Assembly: GCA_049516875.1 (NCBI GenBank)
Contig: JBEKSS010000010.1
Location: forward strand, 54,371 to 118,370
From: Candidatus Bathyarchaeia archaeon
Lineage (GTDB): Archaea > Thermoproteota > Bathyarchaeia > Bathyarchaeales > Bathycorpusculaceae
DNA: 64,000 nucleotides
Direction of reading: 5' to 3'
The notes below the pieces were generated by a model that worked only from the letters and a program-made list of their open reading frames with translations, made no database searches and had not been told where the DNA came from. Positions 10,119 to 20,851 of this stretch are shown here, piece after piece (position 1 is the stretch's first letter; every line of letters begins with the position of its first letter). Both the position numbers and the translations under genes were made by a program.

Positions 10119-11573
10119 TTATCTCTGAACTTTTCTTAAAACTTTTCTGTCTGCATCGTAGATTTCTACAGTTAAAGGCATTTGTCCCACAGCGTAATGC
10201 GTGGCGCACCCGAAGCACGGGTCGTAAGCCCTGAAAGCCATTTCAACCATGTTAAGCAAGCCCTGATTCACTTTCCCGTCATGTATCAGACCTTTTGCCG
10301 CATCACGGATGGACATGCAGATCGCAGGATAGTTGTTGGTTGTCGCCACAATCAGGTTAACATCCTTGATAAGCGCGTCCTTGTCCAGCACGTAGTGGTG
10401 ATAAAGCGTGCCTCTTGCTGCCTCGACCACTCCCACGCCCTCGCCTGGCTCGCCCGGCTTGTTCCGCACGTCCGTGCTGGTTATCTCTGGATCTCTGACA
10501 AGCTCAAGCGCTCGTTCAGTGGCGTAAAGCAGCTCTATCAGCCTTGCCCAGTGGAAAGCCAAAGTTCCATGCACTGGTTTTCCGCCCAGAGTCTTGTACA
10601 TTACCTCATACTCTTCCTGTGCAAGCGGCGTTGCCATGCCGTCCGAAGCGTTGAGTCTTCCAAGCGGACCGACACGGTAGACTCCGCTGTCCGGGCCGTA
10701 GACTTGGCCTTTCCAGCCTACCTTCTTCAAGAACGGGAACTTTGAGTAGGTCCACTCTTCCACGTGCTCGCCGATATAGGTCAGGTAGTCTTTGGGTTCA
10801 AACTTCAGGAATTCGCCGCCGCTGGGATAGACAACTCTGATTTTGCCGTCGTAAAAGTTGACCTTGTTGTGTTCATCAACCAGACCCATGTAGTAGGTGT
10901 TCATCGTGTACGCGTCGCTCTTGATCATGTCAACGTACTTCGGGTTTCCAAGAACAATGTCATGGAATATCTTCAGGGTGAGCTTTGCGAACTCCAAGGA
11001 CGACGCTGCCATCTTCTCGATTTCCTGCCTGTTCTCTTCGCTCAACGGCTTCGAGATGCCGCCGGGCAACCCGCACACTGGATGCGTCGCTTTTCCGCCC
11101 AGAATCTCAGTTATCTTTTGTCCGTAGGCTCGGTGCTTAATGACTTCTTTGGCTACGTCCATTCCGACTTTTTCAATGACTCCTAGAATGTTCCTTTTCT
11201 CAGGCGGAGCGTCGGGCCCAACGATGAAGTCCGGTCCACCCAGATAGTAGAAGTGCAGTGTGTGGTCATAGATAATGTATCCAGCGTACATGAGTTCTCT
11301 GAGCTTCTTGGCGGCTGATGGAGGTTCAACGTTGAACGCCGCGTCCAAGGCTTTCGTTGCCGCAAAATGGTGAGCGACTGGGCAGACTCCGCAGATTCTG
11401 GTCGTCAGAATCGGCATGAGTTCAGCCCTTCTGCCGACGCAGAACTTCTCGAACCCCCTGAGTTCAGGTATCTTGAGATAGGCGTTTTCAACTTCGCCCT
11501 CGTTGTTCAGGAATATCGAAACGTTTCCATGGCCTTCCAGTCTTGTTATTGGATCTATCACTATTTCCTTCAT
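10119..11573 (-). CDS. mvhA: [NiFe] hydrogenase large subunit, group 3c (MvhA)
   Basis: [22 protein letters not shown] plus cleavable C-terminal extension. Confidence 0.93.
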   Translation of the reverse strand: MKEIVIDPITRLEGHGNVSIFLNNEGEVENAYLKIPELRGFEKFCVGRRAELMPILTTRICGVCPVAHHFAATKALDAAFNVEPPSAAKKLRELMYAGYIIYDHTLHFYYLGGPDFIVGPDAPPEKRNILGVIEKVGMDVAKEVIKHRAYGQKITEILGGKATHPVCGLPGGISKPLSEENRQEIEKMAASSLEFAKLTLKIFHDIVLGNPKYVDMIKSDAYTMNTYYMGLVDEHNKVNFYDGKIRVVYPSGGEFLKFEPKDYLTYIGEHVEEWTYSKFPFLKKVGWKGQVYGPDSGVYRVGPLGRLNASDGMATPLAQEEYEVMYKTLGGKPVHGTLAFHWARLIELLYATERALELVRDPEITSTDVRNKPGEPGEGVGVVEAARGTLYHHYVLDKDALIKDVNLIVATTNNYPAICMSIRDAAKGLIHDGKVNQGLLNMVEMAFRAYDPCFGCATHYAVGQMPLTVEIYDADRKVLRKVQR

Positions 11574-12550
11574 TGTCCCATCACTTTCCTCCTGAGAATT
11601 GATGACGGTAAAGAGTACATGTAGAACGTTCCGAGAGGATCTTTGATTTGGTTCATCAGATTGTCAACATCCTCCTGAGTGTAGTGTTCTGTCTCTCCCT
11701 CTAACCCAAGTATTGAAGCTAACGCGCCTATCATGGCTGCTCCTTGTTCCGGCGAGTTGGGACAGGGCCCACCGCATCCCGTGCAGGGCATGTCAACCGT
11801 GAGGCATTGAGCCCCGCATCCACTGCGAGTTGCTGGTCCCATGCATATTATCCCCTGTTCGAGCAAGCACTTCTCCGGTTCGGGGACCTTCTCATGGACT
11901 CGGTATATCTTTGAGATTCTCTTGTTCTCCTTCTTTCTTGGGCATTCATCGCAGACAGATTTTAACGGTGCGAGTACGGAACCTTTGGGGGGAAGTTCGT
12001 TCTTTGCTATGGCGTCAACGGCGTTTAGGATGAGTTTGACTGGAGGTGGGCAACCTGGTAGGTAATAGTCAACTTCAACTGTCTGATCTAGGGTTTTGAC
12101 GGTGTCATAGAACTCTGGGAGCTTCAGGACGCCTTCTTTTGCTTCAAACCTGGTTTTGGGTTCGACTCTTTTTGGATTTGCGATTGACTTGCTTTCAAGG
12201 TAGACCTTGCTGAAAATCTCTTTCCGATCATGGAGATTCGCTAGGCCAGGTATGCATCCTTCTTGGGCGCAAGAGCCGAATGCAACGAGCACCTTGGCCT
12301 TTTGTCTCAAGAGTTTGGCCATGTGTTCCTGCTCTTCGCTCCTGACTGAGCCATTAAAGAAGCATATGTCCATGTACTTGTCGGGCATGGCTTCAACGTC
12401 TTTGTATTTGACGTCCATAGCAACAGGCCAGAACACTATGTCCGCAATCTTTACCACGTCCAGTATTTTCTCGTTTATGTCCAACACTGCGATTTCGCAT
12501 CCGCCACAGCTTGCAGCCCAGTAGAAACCCAGTTTCAATTTTTCAGCCAT
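11570..12550 (-). CDS. mvhG: [NiFe] hydrogenase small subunit (MvhG)
   Basis: SCGGC, FGSCA, PGCPP, VCDECPR, CMGPAT..C..C..CTGC. Confidence 0.92.
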   Translation of the reverse strand: MAEKLKLGFYWAASCGGCEIAVLDINEKILDVVKIADIVFWPVAMDVKYKDVEAMPDKYMDICFFNGSVRSEEQEHMAKLLRQKAKVLVAFGSCAQEGCIPGLANLHDRKEIFSKVYLESKSIANPKRVEPKTRFEAKEGVLKLPEFYDTVKTLDQTVEVDYYLPGCPPPVKLILNAVDAIAKNELPPKGSVLAPLKSVCDECPRKKENKRISKIYRVHEKVPEPEKCLLEQGIICMGPATRSGCGAQCLTVDMPCTGCGGPCPNSPEQGAAMIGALASILGLEGETEHYTQEDVDNLMNQIKDPLGTFYMYSLPSSILRRKVMGQ

Positions 12551-13441
12551 CTATTTTCCACCTTCACACACTTGTCCCAATATTTTTGAACAGTCAACGC
12601 GAAGCTCATTGAAAGCCAGTTCACCAGGCGACATCCCCATTGCCAAACCCAGCAGTTGGGGATAATGCAGAATCGGAATACCGTAAACCTCGTTGAACAT
12701 CTTTTCTATACGCAGCTCGTTCGTGTCGTACATGATGTGACAGAACGGGCAGATAGTTATCATCGCCTGTGCATCCACAGTTTTGATGTGGTTCAGCTTG
12801 TCCCTTGCAAGCTGCAGGGCGATCTTGTCGTTTACTCCAACGCTAGGAGCGCCGCAACATTCTGTCTCGTCCAAGTAATCCAAACATGTTGCTCCAGTTG
12901 TTTCGATCAGAGTTTTGAGTGTTTTAGGATCTTCAGGATCGTCAAAACCGATGTATTCTTTAGGCCTCAAAATGTGGCAACCGTTGTGCTCAGCGACTTT
13001 CACGTTTGTAAGCGGCTTAACAATCGTTTCTTTTATCTTCTCCAACCCAACGTCTTCAACCAGGACCTGCAACAAGTGCTTGGCTGTAACTGTTCCCTTG
13101 AACTCAAGTCCAGCTTCCTTCAAATGCTTGTTTATCTCTTCACGCATTTGCTCGTCTTCTTTCAACATCTTGCTGACTTTCTTCAGAGTTCCAGCACAGC
13201 CTGGGCACAGGGCCACGATGTCTAATCCCTTCTGCTCTGCCATAGCGAGGTTTCTGGCTGCCAAGATAAGCATCGTTTCGTGGCTTACAGGATCTAAGGG
13301 GAGACCACAACAGTTGAATTCGGGCATTTCAACTATTTCCACGCCGAGTCTTTTGAGGATTTTCCGTGCTGAAATCTCGTACGCAGCCACACGGTATGGA
13401 ATTGCGCATCCCAGAAACATGAGATATTTGCGTTCGGCCAC
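12551..13441 (-). CDS. hdrB: Heterodisulfide reductase subunit B
   Basis: Two CCG domains (GC..CCG..CPGC; GC..CCG..CPFC); GTG start at 13441 preferred. Confidence 0.92.
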   Translation of the reverse strand: MAERKYLMFLGCAIPYRVAAYEISARKILKRLGVEIVEMPEFNCCGLPLDPVSHETMLILAARNLAMAEQKGLDIVALCPGCAGTLKKVSKMLKEDEQMREEINKHLKEAGLEFKGTVTAKHLLQVLVEDVGLEKIKETIVKPLTNVKVAEHNGCHILRPKEYIGFDDPEDPKTLKTLIETTGATCLDYLDETECCGAPSVGVNDKIALQLARDKLNHIKTVDAQAMITICPFCHIMYDTNELRIEKMFNEVYGIPILHYPQLLGLAMGMSPGELAFNELRVDCSKILGQVCEGGK

Positions 13442-13442
13442 T

Positions 13443-13967
13443 CTAGCCTCCCTTCTTTTCAACGCATTTGAGGAAACCTATTTCGCGCAGTGTTTTGCCT
13501 ATGCTTTCGGGGTTGCCTTTCGGCAGTGGCGGCAGGCCTAGGGTTTCTCTTTTCTTTAATCTTAACTCTGGAATTCGGTAGGCGTATCCTGACTCGAGTA
13601 TGCTTGATGCTTCCTCTTTGAACACTTGAGGCACGATGCCCTTCTCAGCTGCTAGATTTCTCAGAACGCGTATGACGCTGGCTACTTCGACATCTTGTGG
13701 ACACCGGTCTGTACATGTGAAGCAAGCTGCACAAAGCCACAGTGTGTCGCTGTTCAGCACTCTGTTTCTAAGTCCGAGCTGTGCCATGCGGATTATCTGT
13801 CTCGGCCTGTAAGTTTCGCTGAACCTTGCAACCGGACAGTCTGATGTGCATGTTCCACACTGGAAGCAGCGCATCACTTTTTCTCCGCCGCGCATCTTTG
13901 AGATTTCGTACTTGAATTTGGGGTCGATTTCTGAAGCCTTTATCGGCTTTTCAGCTGTTTCTGCCAT
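13443..13967 (-). CDS. hdrC: Heterodisulfide reductase subunit C
   Basis: CFQCGTCTSDCP and WLCAACFTCTDRCPQ. Confidence 0.92.
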   Translation of the reverse strand: MAETAEKPIKASEIDPKFKYEISKMRGGEKVMRCFQCGTCTSDCPVARFSETYRPRQIIRMAQLGLRNRVLNSDTLWLCAACFTCTDRCPQDVEVASVIRVLRNLAAEKGIVPQVFKEEASSILESGYAYRIPELRLKKRETLGLPPLPKGNPESIGKTLREIGFLKCVEKKGG

Positions 13968-14404
13968 TAGGCTTCAGCTTCCATAGCTTTCACCGGGCTT
14001 GGACCAAGCTTCTTCAAGTCTTCCACCATGCTTCTGACCACGGCTGCCCATTTGTCTCCTTCACTTGCCGAGATCCATTCTAACCGTAAACGCTCAGGTT
14101 CAATTCCGAAGTCTTTCAAGACTCTCTTCAACAGGTTTATTCTTCTCATGGCCTTGAAGTTCCCGCTGATGTAGTGACAGTCTGATGGTAAGTGGCAACC
14201 TGCGACGAGCACGCCGTCCGCGCCGTCTTTGAATGCTTCTAACACGAACGCGGGGTCTATTCTGCCGCTGCACATCACACGTATGATTCTGATGTTTGGA
14301 GGATACTGAATTCTGCTTACGCCTGCCAGGTCTGCGCCTGCGTAGGCGCACCAGTTGCATAGAAAACCGATTATTTTCGGTTCAAACCCGTTGTTCTTGT
14401 TCAT
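13967..14404 (-). CDS. mvhD: MvhD [2Fe-2S] subunit
   Basis: [33 protein letters not shown]; start ATG 14404 coupled to hdrA stop. Confidence 0.93.
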   Translation of the reverse strand: MNKNNGFEPKIIGFLCNWCAYAGADLAGVSRIQYPPNIRIIRVMCSGRIDPAFVLEAFKDGADGVLVAGCHLPSDCHYISGNFKAMRRINLLKRVLKDFGIEPERLRLEWISASEGDKWAAVVRSMVEDLKKLGPSPVKAMEAEA

Positions 14405-17400
14405 TATTCTGCCTCCACTAGAGCTGCTTTGACTTGAGCAAGTATTTCCTGGTTGGTGAAGTGTCCCATCGTGATGGCTTTGGTTGGACAGGCCGTACCG
14501 CATGCGCCGCAACCTTTGCACAGGGCTTCAATCACGTGCGCAATTGGTTTTCCGTCCTTATCCTTCATTTCGAGTGCACCATATGGGCATAGATACTCAC
14601 AGATTCTGCAGCCACTACATAAATCTTCGTCAACGTTTGCGATGATTCCTTCCATCTCAAGCGTATTCTTGGAGAGTATCGTTGTTGCCCTTGAGGCGGC
14701 TGCGCATGCTTGTGCGATGCTTTCTTCGATGTACTTTGGCGAGTGAGCCATTCCGCACAGGAAAACGCCGTCCGTCGCGAAGTCCACTGGACGGAGTTTC
14801 ATGTGTGCTTCGAGGAATGAGCCGTCCTTTGTCAGTGGTACCTTGAGCATTTCTGCTATGTGCTTGTTCTCAGGGTTTGGAATTGTGGCGGCGCTTAGGA
14901 CCACGAGGTCGGGTTCAATCTCGACCTGCTGTTTCAGCACGGACTCCCAGAAAGTCATCTTGAGTTCGTTTCCTTCCTTGGTGAGCTCCGGCTTGCGTTC
15001 ATCGTCATAATTTATGAACGTGACCCCTTTCATTGCTGCGTCCCGGTAGTAGTCTTCCTTGAACCCGTAGGATCTGATGTCCTTGAACAGCACGTAGACT
15101 TCGGTCTGCGGGCTTACCTGCTTGATTTTCAGCGCGTTCTTTATGGCTTGTCCACAGCATATTCTTGAGCAGTTGGGTCTTTCCTTTGTCCTCGCGCCGA
15201 TGCATTGGACCATGACGACGTTTTTGGCGTTGAACTCTCCGTTGGCAAGGTCTTCTTCCAACTCATGCTGCGTCACGACCCTCGGGTCCTTGTCGTAGAA
15301 GTACTCTGTGGGTCTGTATTCCACCGCGCCGGTAGCAACTATTACTATGCCGTGCTCAACTTCTTTTTCACTGCCGCTCTGCTGGCGCATCTTTGACTTG
15401 TAGTTGCCCACGAAACCATAGATGTCGGTAACTTCTGCTCCGGTGTAAACGTGTATCTTGTCGTTTTTCATGACCTCGCTGACGAGGGCGTTCAGTTTTT
15501 CTTTCGGGTCTTCTTTTTCTCCGAGCAGGTAGTAGATGGTGCGAAGATGACCGCCCAGTTCTTTCTCTTTTTCAACCAAGTGAACTTCGAACCCCTGTTT
15601 TGCGAGCTCCAGGGCTGCGGTCATGCCTGAGACTCCGCCTCCTATGACGAGTCCGACTTGGGTGACGTTTATCACTGGTTTCTTCAATGGTTTCAACAGG
15701 GCGGATTTGGCGACTATTGATCTAACGAGATCTTTGGCTTTTTTCGTGGCCTCTTTCGGCTCGTGCATGTGCACCCAGCTGCACTGGTCTCGGATGTTTG
15801 TCATTTCGAACAGGTACGGGTTCAGTCCTGCTTCCTGGAGGGTTTCTTTGAACAAGGGTTCATGCGTCCTCGGCGTGCACGAAGCAACTATGACGCGGTT
15901 CAGCTTGTTCTGCTGGATTTTTTCACGGATAAGCTTCTGTGTGTCCTGTGAGCAGGTGTAAACGTTTGCCTCCGCATAGACCACGTTTGGCAGGGTCTTC
16001 GCATACTCCACGACTTGTGGCACGTTTACGACTCCGCCGATGTTGATTCCGCAGTGACAGACGAAGACGCCGATGCGAGGCTCTTCCTTGCTCACGTCTC
16101 TCTCAGGCGGATATTCTCTTGCACCGACTTGAGTTCCTCTTGCGTCTGCTATTATGCCCATGGCTCTTGCCGCTGCACCGCTCGCTTGGGCTACGCTTTC
16201 AGGTATGTCTTTCGGTGCTGAGAAGGCGCCGCAGACGAAGATGCCCGGTTTCGAAGTGTCCATTGGAGAAAAAGTCTGCGTTTCACAGAAATTGTACTTG
16301 TTAAGCTTGATTCCCAGGTTTTTGGCCAGTTCTTCAACGTCTTTCGGCGGCTTCATTCCGATTGAAAGAACGACCATGTCGAACTCTTCCGTCTTGGGCG
16401 TTTCGTCCTGTACGTAATGCACGAATAGATTGCCCGTCAACGGATCTTCGGTCACTCCGGCGACGCGTGATCGTGTGAATCTTATGCCGTACTCTTCTTC
16501 GGCGCGGTTGCGATAGGCGTCGAATTCCTTTCCGTAGGAACGCATGTCCATGTAGAAGATTGATGCGTCCATCTGGATGGGTGTGTGCTCTTTTGCTATG
16601 ACGGCTTCTTTCATGCCGTACATGCAGCAGGCTGCAGAGCAGTAGTTGTTTCCGAGCTGGTAGTCTCTTGAGCCGACGCATTGGATGAAGGCTACCCGTT
16701 TGGGTATTTCGCCGTCTGATGATCGCAGGACAAGTCCACCGTAGGGGCCGGAAGCACTCAGGATGCGTTCGAATTCGATGCTTGTGACGACGTTTTGGAA
16801 GCGTCCGTAACCGTATTCGCTTTTGAGTCTTGCATCGAAGGGTTCGAATCCGGGAGCGAGGATTATTGAGCCGACTTTCAGGGTTGTTTCGCTCTCTTTC
16901 TGGTCGTACGCGATTGCTCTTGCTTTGCAGATTTCGTAGCACGTTCCGCAGCCTATGCATTTTTCGCGGTCAATCTTGTACTTCAGCGGGACTGCCTGTG
17001 GATACTCTACGTAGACTGCGCCTCTGTTCGCGAGGCCTTCGTTAAACATGTCAACAGCTTCGATTGGACATTTCTGCGCGCAGATGCCGCAGCCGTTGCA
17101 CTTTTCTTCAATTATGTAGCGGCTGTTTTTTCGAATCTTTACTTCGAAGTTTCCAGCTTCACCGTTCAGTCCTGTGATGTCCGTGTTTGTAAGAATCGTG
17201 ATGTTCGGGTGTCTTCCGGTTGCAACAAGTTTGGGTGAGAGGATGCACATTGAACAATCGTTTGTTGGAAATGTCTTGTCGAGTTGAGCCATCACCCCGC
17301 CTATGCTTGGTCCCTTGTCAACTAGGTACACTTTGAATCCGGAGTCGGCTAGGTCTAGGGATGCTTGTATGCCAGCGACCCCTCCGCCGACAACCATTAC

Positions 17401-17424
17401 TGCTCCAACTTTCTGGTTTTCCAT
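14404..17424 (-). CDS. hdrA: Heterodisulfide reductase subunit A, long form with two FAD modules
   Basis: [40 protein letters not shown], second GGGVSG, C-terminal 2x[4Fe-4S]; start ATG 17424. Confidence 0.93.
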   Translation of the reverse strand: MENQKVGAVMVVGGGVAGIQASLDLADSGFKVYLVDKGPSIGGVMAQLDKTFPTNDCSMCILSPKLVATGRHPNITILTNTDITGLNGEAGNFEVKIRKNSRYIIEEKCNGCGICAQKCPIEAVDMFNEGLANRGAVYVEYPQAVPLKYKIDREKCIGCGTCYEICKARAIAYDQKESETTLKVGSIILAPGFEPFDARLKSEYGYGRFQNVVTSIEFERILSASGPYGGLVLRSSDGEIPKRVAFIQCVGSRDYQLGNNYCSAACCMYGMKEAVIAKEHTPIQMDASIFYMDMRSYGKEFDAYRNRAEEEYGIRFTRSRVAGVTEDPLTGNLFVHYVQDETPKTEEFDMVVLSIGMKPPKDVEELAKNLGIKLNKYNFCETQTFSPMDTSKPGIFVCGAFSAPKDIPESVAQASGAAARAMGIIADARGTQVGAREYPPERDVSKEEPRIGVFVCHCGINIGGVVNVPQVVEYAKTLPNVVYAEANVYTCSQDTQKLIREKIQQNKLNRVIVASCTPRTHEPLFKETLQEAGLNPYLFEMTNIRDQCSWVHMHEPKEATKKAKDLVRSIVAKSALLKPLKKPVINVTQVGLVIGGGVSGMTAALELAKQGFEVHLVEKEKELGGHLRTIYYLLGEKEDPKEKLNALVSEVMKNDKIHVYTGAEVTDIYGFVGNYKSKMRQQSGSEKEVEHGIVIVATGAVEYRPTEYFYDKDPRVVTQHELEEDLANGEFNAKNVVMVQCIGARTKERPNCSRICCGQAIKNALKIKQVSPQTEVYVLFKDIRSYGFKEDYYRDAAMKGVTFINYDDERKPELTKEGNELKMTFWESVLKQQVEIEPDLVVLSAATIPNPENKHIAEMLKVPLTKDGSFLEAHMKLRPVDFATDGVFLCGMAHSPKYIEESIAQACAAASRATTILSKNTLEMEGIIANVDEDLCSGCRICEYLCPYGALEMKDKDGKPIAHVIEALCKGCGACGTACPTKAITMGHFTNQEILAQVKAALVEAE

Positions 17425-17425
17425 T

Positions 17426-18187
17426 CTACTCAACCTCCAACGCCTTGTAAAGGGGTGTTGTTCCTTCAATACTGTCTAGAGCTATCATATTTTTTCTGCG
17501 CATGTTCACGATCTGTTTGAGAACTGCTGCTGGCTTCATTTCGGTTACTTCTGCTAAGGCTTTAACTGAAAGCGGTTTGGTTTTTGTGAGAACGTGAATT
17601 TTGTATCTGATGAATTCATCTTCAACAACATCATCCATCAACGTGTCGAACTCTTCGCGTGTGAGTTTGTCGCCGTAAACGTTCACACCTTCTGTGAGCT
17701 CTTTCTCTCTTCCCAGCAAGACTCTCAGGCGAAACTCGCTGGCAGCGTTCTTGGCAGCTAGGAGATTCACCATTGGCATAGATTCGCTGTCTGCATCTTT
17801 CAGCGGGGAAGCTCCCAGTTTTCCTATTTCCCTGGAGAACTCTTTCGCTGAGCGTGTAAAACTCGTTTCTTCTAAGGGCGAGTACCAGAGCAGGTTTAAG
17901 CGTTCAGATTCCAAGCCTGCCAGTGCCAAGAGCTTCTTCAGCATTTTGACGGCGCGTTCTGCTTGCAGGTTGCCTTCAACGAAGTGGCAGTCTGGAGGTT
18001 TGCAGCCTGCCAGCATCACGGCGTCGGCGCCTTTTTTGAACATTTCGAGAACTATCGTCGGGTCTATTTCTCCGATGCAGTTTACGCGTGTTACGTTAAC
18101 GTTGGAGGGTACCGGGTTCTCGCTGTTGCAAAAAGCGAAATTGCACATCAAACAAACAATTCTGGGTTCTTTGTCTGTCATGTTCAT
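17426..18187 (-). CDS. Second MvhD-like protein with ~120-aa C-terminal extension
   Basis: RVNCIGEIDP, GADAVMLAGCKPPDCHFVEGN; tail LSVKALAEVTEMKPAAVLKQIVNMRRKNMI looks winged-helix-like. Confidence 0.82.
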   Translation of the reverse strand: MNMTDKEPRIVCLMCNFAFCNSENPVPSNVNVTRVNCIGEIDPTIVLEMFKKGADAVMLAGCKPPDCHFVEGNLQAERAVKMLKKLLALAGLESERLNLLWYSPLEETSFTRSAKEFSREIGKLGASPLKDADSESMPMVNLLAAKNAASEFRLRVLLGREKELTEGVNVYGDKLTREEFDTLMDDVVEDEFIRYKIHVLTKTKPLSVKALAEVTEMKPAAVLKQIVNMRRKNMIALDSIEGTTPLYKALEVE

Positions 18188-19906
18188 CTACTCCTTGGCT
18201 GTTGCCATGGCGAAGCTTACTATGCGCTCGTTGGTCACTTTCTTCATCGTTATCGCCCTTGTTGGACATCTTGCTGCACAGATTCCACAGCCCTTGCACA
18301 GGTCTTCATCTATTCGTGCGATGTTGTTCTCGTCTTTTACAGCTGCTCCGAATGGGCAGACGACCGCGCACACGTTGCAGCCTATGCAGAGTGCTTCGTC
18401 GACAACTGCTTTGTCGCCCTCGCACAGGTCTGTGGTTCCGAGGCATTCTGCGCAAGGTCCGCAGCCTAGGCAGCGGTAAGCTTCAAACTTGGCGTCTCTC
18501 TCCAGCTTTTCCAGAAAGTCTTGCACTTCTTCAAAAGTGGCGTGAGATTTCTCTGGGAGAGGATTGTACCGGCGTTCTTTTTTCGTTATTTGCTTCCGGT
18601 TTTTGGCCCAGCTTGTTTCTTCGATGTTTTCTTCTCTTCCTTTGTGCATGTCTTGTCCGCTAAGGTAGAGGTGAATTGACGCGGCTGCTCGTTTTCCTTG
18701 TCCCACGGCTTCGATTATGCTTGCAGGTCCAGTGGCTATGTCGCCGCCTGCGAAGACGCCGGGAACTTTGGTCTCGAGTGTTAATGGATCCGTGGTTATC
18801 GTTGGAACCCTTGCTTTCTCATCCTGCAGGGTCTTCGGGATGCATGAGGTCTCTGCCAGTTGGCCCAGGGCAGGGATGACCATGTCCACCTCGTACTTAT
18901 ACTCAGAACCTGGGATTGGCACTGGGCGCCTTCTGCCGCTTTCGTCAGGTTCACCCAGCTTCATCCTCAAGCAGTCTATAGCTGTGACTTCGCCGTTTTG
19001 CCCGATAATCTGTTTTGGTGCGACCAGAATCTCTATCTTGACACCGTCTTTTTCGGCTTCTGCCACTTCGCTGGGTAAGGCAGGCATTTCCTCGCGGGAA
19101 CGTCTGTACAGAAGGGTGACTTCTTTTGCACCCTGTCTTTTGGCTGTTCTGGCAGCGTCTATCGCGCTGTTCCCGCCTCCGACGACGGCTACTCTTTGTC
19201 CGACTTCCACTTGTTTTCCAAGGGCTATGTCCCTCAGGAAGTCAACGGCGTTTACCACGCCTTTCAGGTCTTCACCTGGAACGTTGAGCATCATGCCTTT
19301 CTGGGTGCCGATGGCCACAAAAATAGCCTTGTAGCCTTCTTGGCGTAGGCTCTCAATTGTGATGTCTTTTCCGAATTCTACGCCTGTTTTGATTTGCACG
19401 CCTAGATCTCTGATGTAGTTTGCTTCGTTTTCAACAACGAATTTTTCAAGGCGGAAATCGGGTATGCAGTAGCGCATCATTCCTCCGGGCTCGGACATGC
19501 GTTCAAAAACTGTCACGGGGTAACCGAGTTTTGCGAGTTCGTATGCTGCCGTTAGGCCTGCTGGACCTGCTCCGATGATGGCGACTTGCTCGGTGTGCCT
19601 TTTGGGTATGGGTTTGGGTTTGACCTTTCTTTGTTGGCGTTCAATGTCGGCGACGAATTTCTTTAATGCGCGTATGGCTACAGCTTGGTCGACATCGGTT
19701 CTTGCACACTCGTCCTCACACGGGCTGAAGCATACTCTTCCACAGATTGCTGGGAAGGGCATGTCGTTGCGTATGATGTCAACCGCTTCTTTGTACTTTC
19801 CTCTTTGAATCAGAGAGACGTATGCTTGAACGTTGACGTGTGCTGGGCATGCAGAGCGGCATGGCGGTAGCTTTCTTTTTACGCTTGTCACAGTCTCAGT
19901 TGCCAT
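18188..19906 (-). CDS. GltD/NfnL-like FAD/NAD(P)H oxidoreductase with C-terminal ferredoxin domain
   Basis: PCRSACP, CGRVC..CE..C, GAGPAGL, GGGNSAIDAAR, YRRS, FAGGD, RCLGCG, two C-terminal CxxCxxCxxxCP. Confidence 0.9.
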   Translation of the reverse strand: MATETVTSVKRKLPPCRSACPAHVNVQAYVSLIQRGKYKEAVDIIRNDMPFPAICGRVCFSPCEDECARTDVDQAVAIRALKKFVADIERQQRKVKPKPIPKRHTEQVAIIGAGPAGLTAAYELAKLGYPVTVFERMSEPGGMMRYCIPDFRLEKFVVENEANYIRDLGVQIKTGVEFGKDITIESLRQEGYKAIFVAIGTQKGMMLNVPGEDLKGVVNAVDFLRDIALGKQVEVGQRVAVVGGGNSAIDAARTAKRQGAKEVTLLYRRSREEMPALPSEVAEAEKDGVKIEILVAPKQIIGQNGEVTAIDCLRMKLGEPDESGRRRPVPIPGSEYKYEVDMVIPALGQLAETSCIPKTLQDEKARVPTITTDPLTLETKVPGVFAGGDIATGPASIIEAVGQGKRAAASIHLYLSGQDMHKGREENIEETSWAKNRKQITKKERRYNPLPEKSHATFEEVQDFLEKLERDAKFEAYRCLGCGPCAECLGTTDLCEGDKAVVDEALCIGCNVCAVVCPFGAAVKDENNIARIDEDLCKGCGICAARCPTRAITMKKVTNERIVSFAMATAKE

Positions 19907-20034
19907 TCTTGAACCCCGCTTTAATCATCAAGTATTGTTTCCAAGGCGAACTTATTAAAGCACCTAAGCCACGCTTGGCGCATGCGTGGCATATGTCAAA
20001 CGTGCTTATTTGATACGTCATCTTAAAATCGAGA

Positions 20035-20625
20035 TTACTCATGTGATCTTTCCTCCAGCTTATCGACCCATTTGTTGTATTCACGCGCACCCATCAGGCT
20101 GTCAAGCTCTTGCTTCAAGGTCAAGGAATTGTTCGGTTTGATTTCCACGATCCATCCTTGCCCGTACGGGTCTTCGTTGACCATGGTGGGCTTTTCTTTG
20201 AGTTTTTCGTTGATTTTGACTATTTGGCCGCTGATCGGTGAATAGAGGTCAAACAGCAGCATCCATGTTTCAGCGACTCCGAATGGATCCATTTTGTTGA
20301 ATTCTTTTCCAACCGGTTCTGTTCTGACTTGAGCCAGACCTCTGAGTCGTCTTTGTGCATAGTCAGATATGCCGACGCGCACGTTTCCTTCCGTTGTCGT
20401 TTGAGCCCACGTGTGTTTCGGCGTATACAACAACTGATCAGGCGTGGAAGGCATTTCTTGGCTCTTGCCTGAAGAGAATCCTTCCGTGCGCGTGAGCTCT
20501 TCCAGACGCAGGCGAATGGCTTCTGACACAAATTCTGAAATGCTTCGGTAACGACCTGTTTTAATGATTTTTTCGATTTCTTTTATGAGTTCCTGTCTGA
20601 TGCTGATTGTTTTCCACTCAGACAT
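20035..20625 (-). CDS. Ribbon-helix-helix domain fused to a glycine-cleavage H-like domain lacking the lipoyl Lys
   Basis: N-term WKTISIRQELIKEIEKI..YRSISEFVSEAIR (CopG/MetJ type); C-term YTPKHTW..VRVGISDYAQ..YSPISG..N..VNEDPYGQGWI (GcvH). Confidence 0.85.
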   Translation of the reverse strand: MSEWKTISIRQELIKEIEKIIKTGRYRSISEFVSEAIRLRLEELTRTEGFSSGKSQEMPSTPDQLLYTPKHTWAQTTTEGNVRVGISDYAQRRLRGLAQVRTEPVGKEFNKMDPFGVAETWMLLFDLYSPISGQIVKINEKLKEKPTMVNEDPYGQGWIVEIKPNNSLTLKQELDSLMGAREYNKWVDKLEERSHE

Positions 20626-20851
20626 TCATCAGCCCTCCCTAAGCTTTGAGTTAGGTGTGCATTAAACTTGAGTTATTTAGGGTTTTCCTTGACTGCTTAG
20701 GAAACAGTCCATAGTCTAGACACAAATCAAAATGGGCAAACTGGCGACTTTCAACACGGAGTGCGGTTGAAAACATGGCTTAAAAGTCGATGTGGATGCT
20801 TCGAAAAGCATGGCTAACTGAGTCTTCAGAACAGTTGTCAACGGTAATAGG

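Noticed and set aside
10119-17424. Selenocysteine recoding in MvhA, MvhD or HdrA
   Set aside because: All relevant positions are Cys and the frames contain no internal TGA.
12551-20625. Sulfur-oxidising sHdr-LbpA system
   Set aside because: The hdr genes are embedded with mvhADG, the GcvH-like domain lacks the lipoyl Lys, and tusA/dsrE are 30 kb away in an isc operon.
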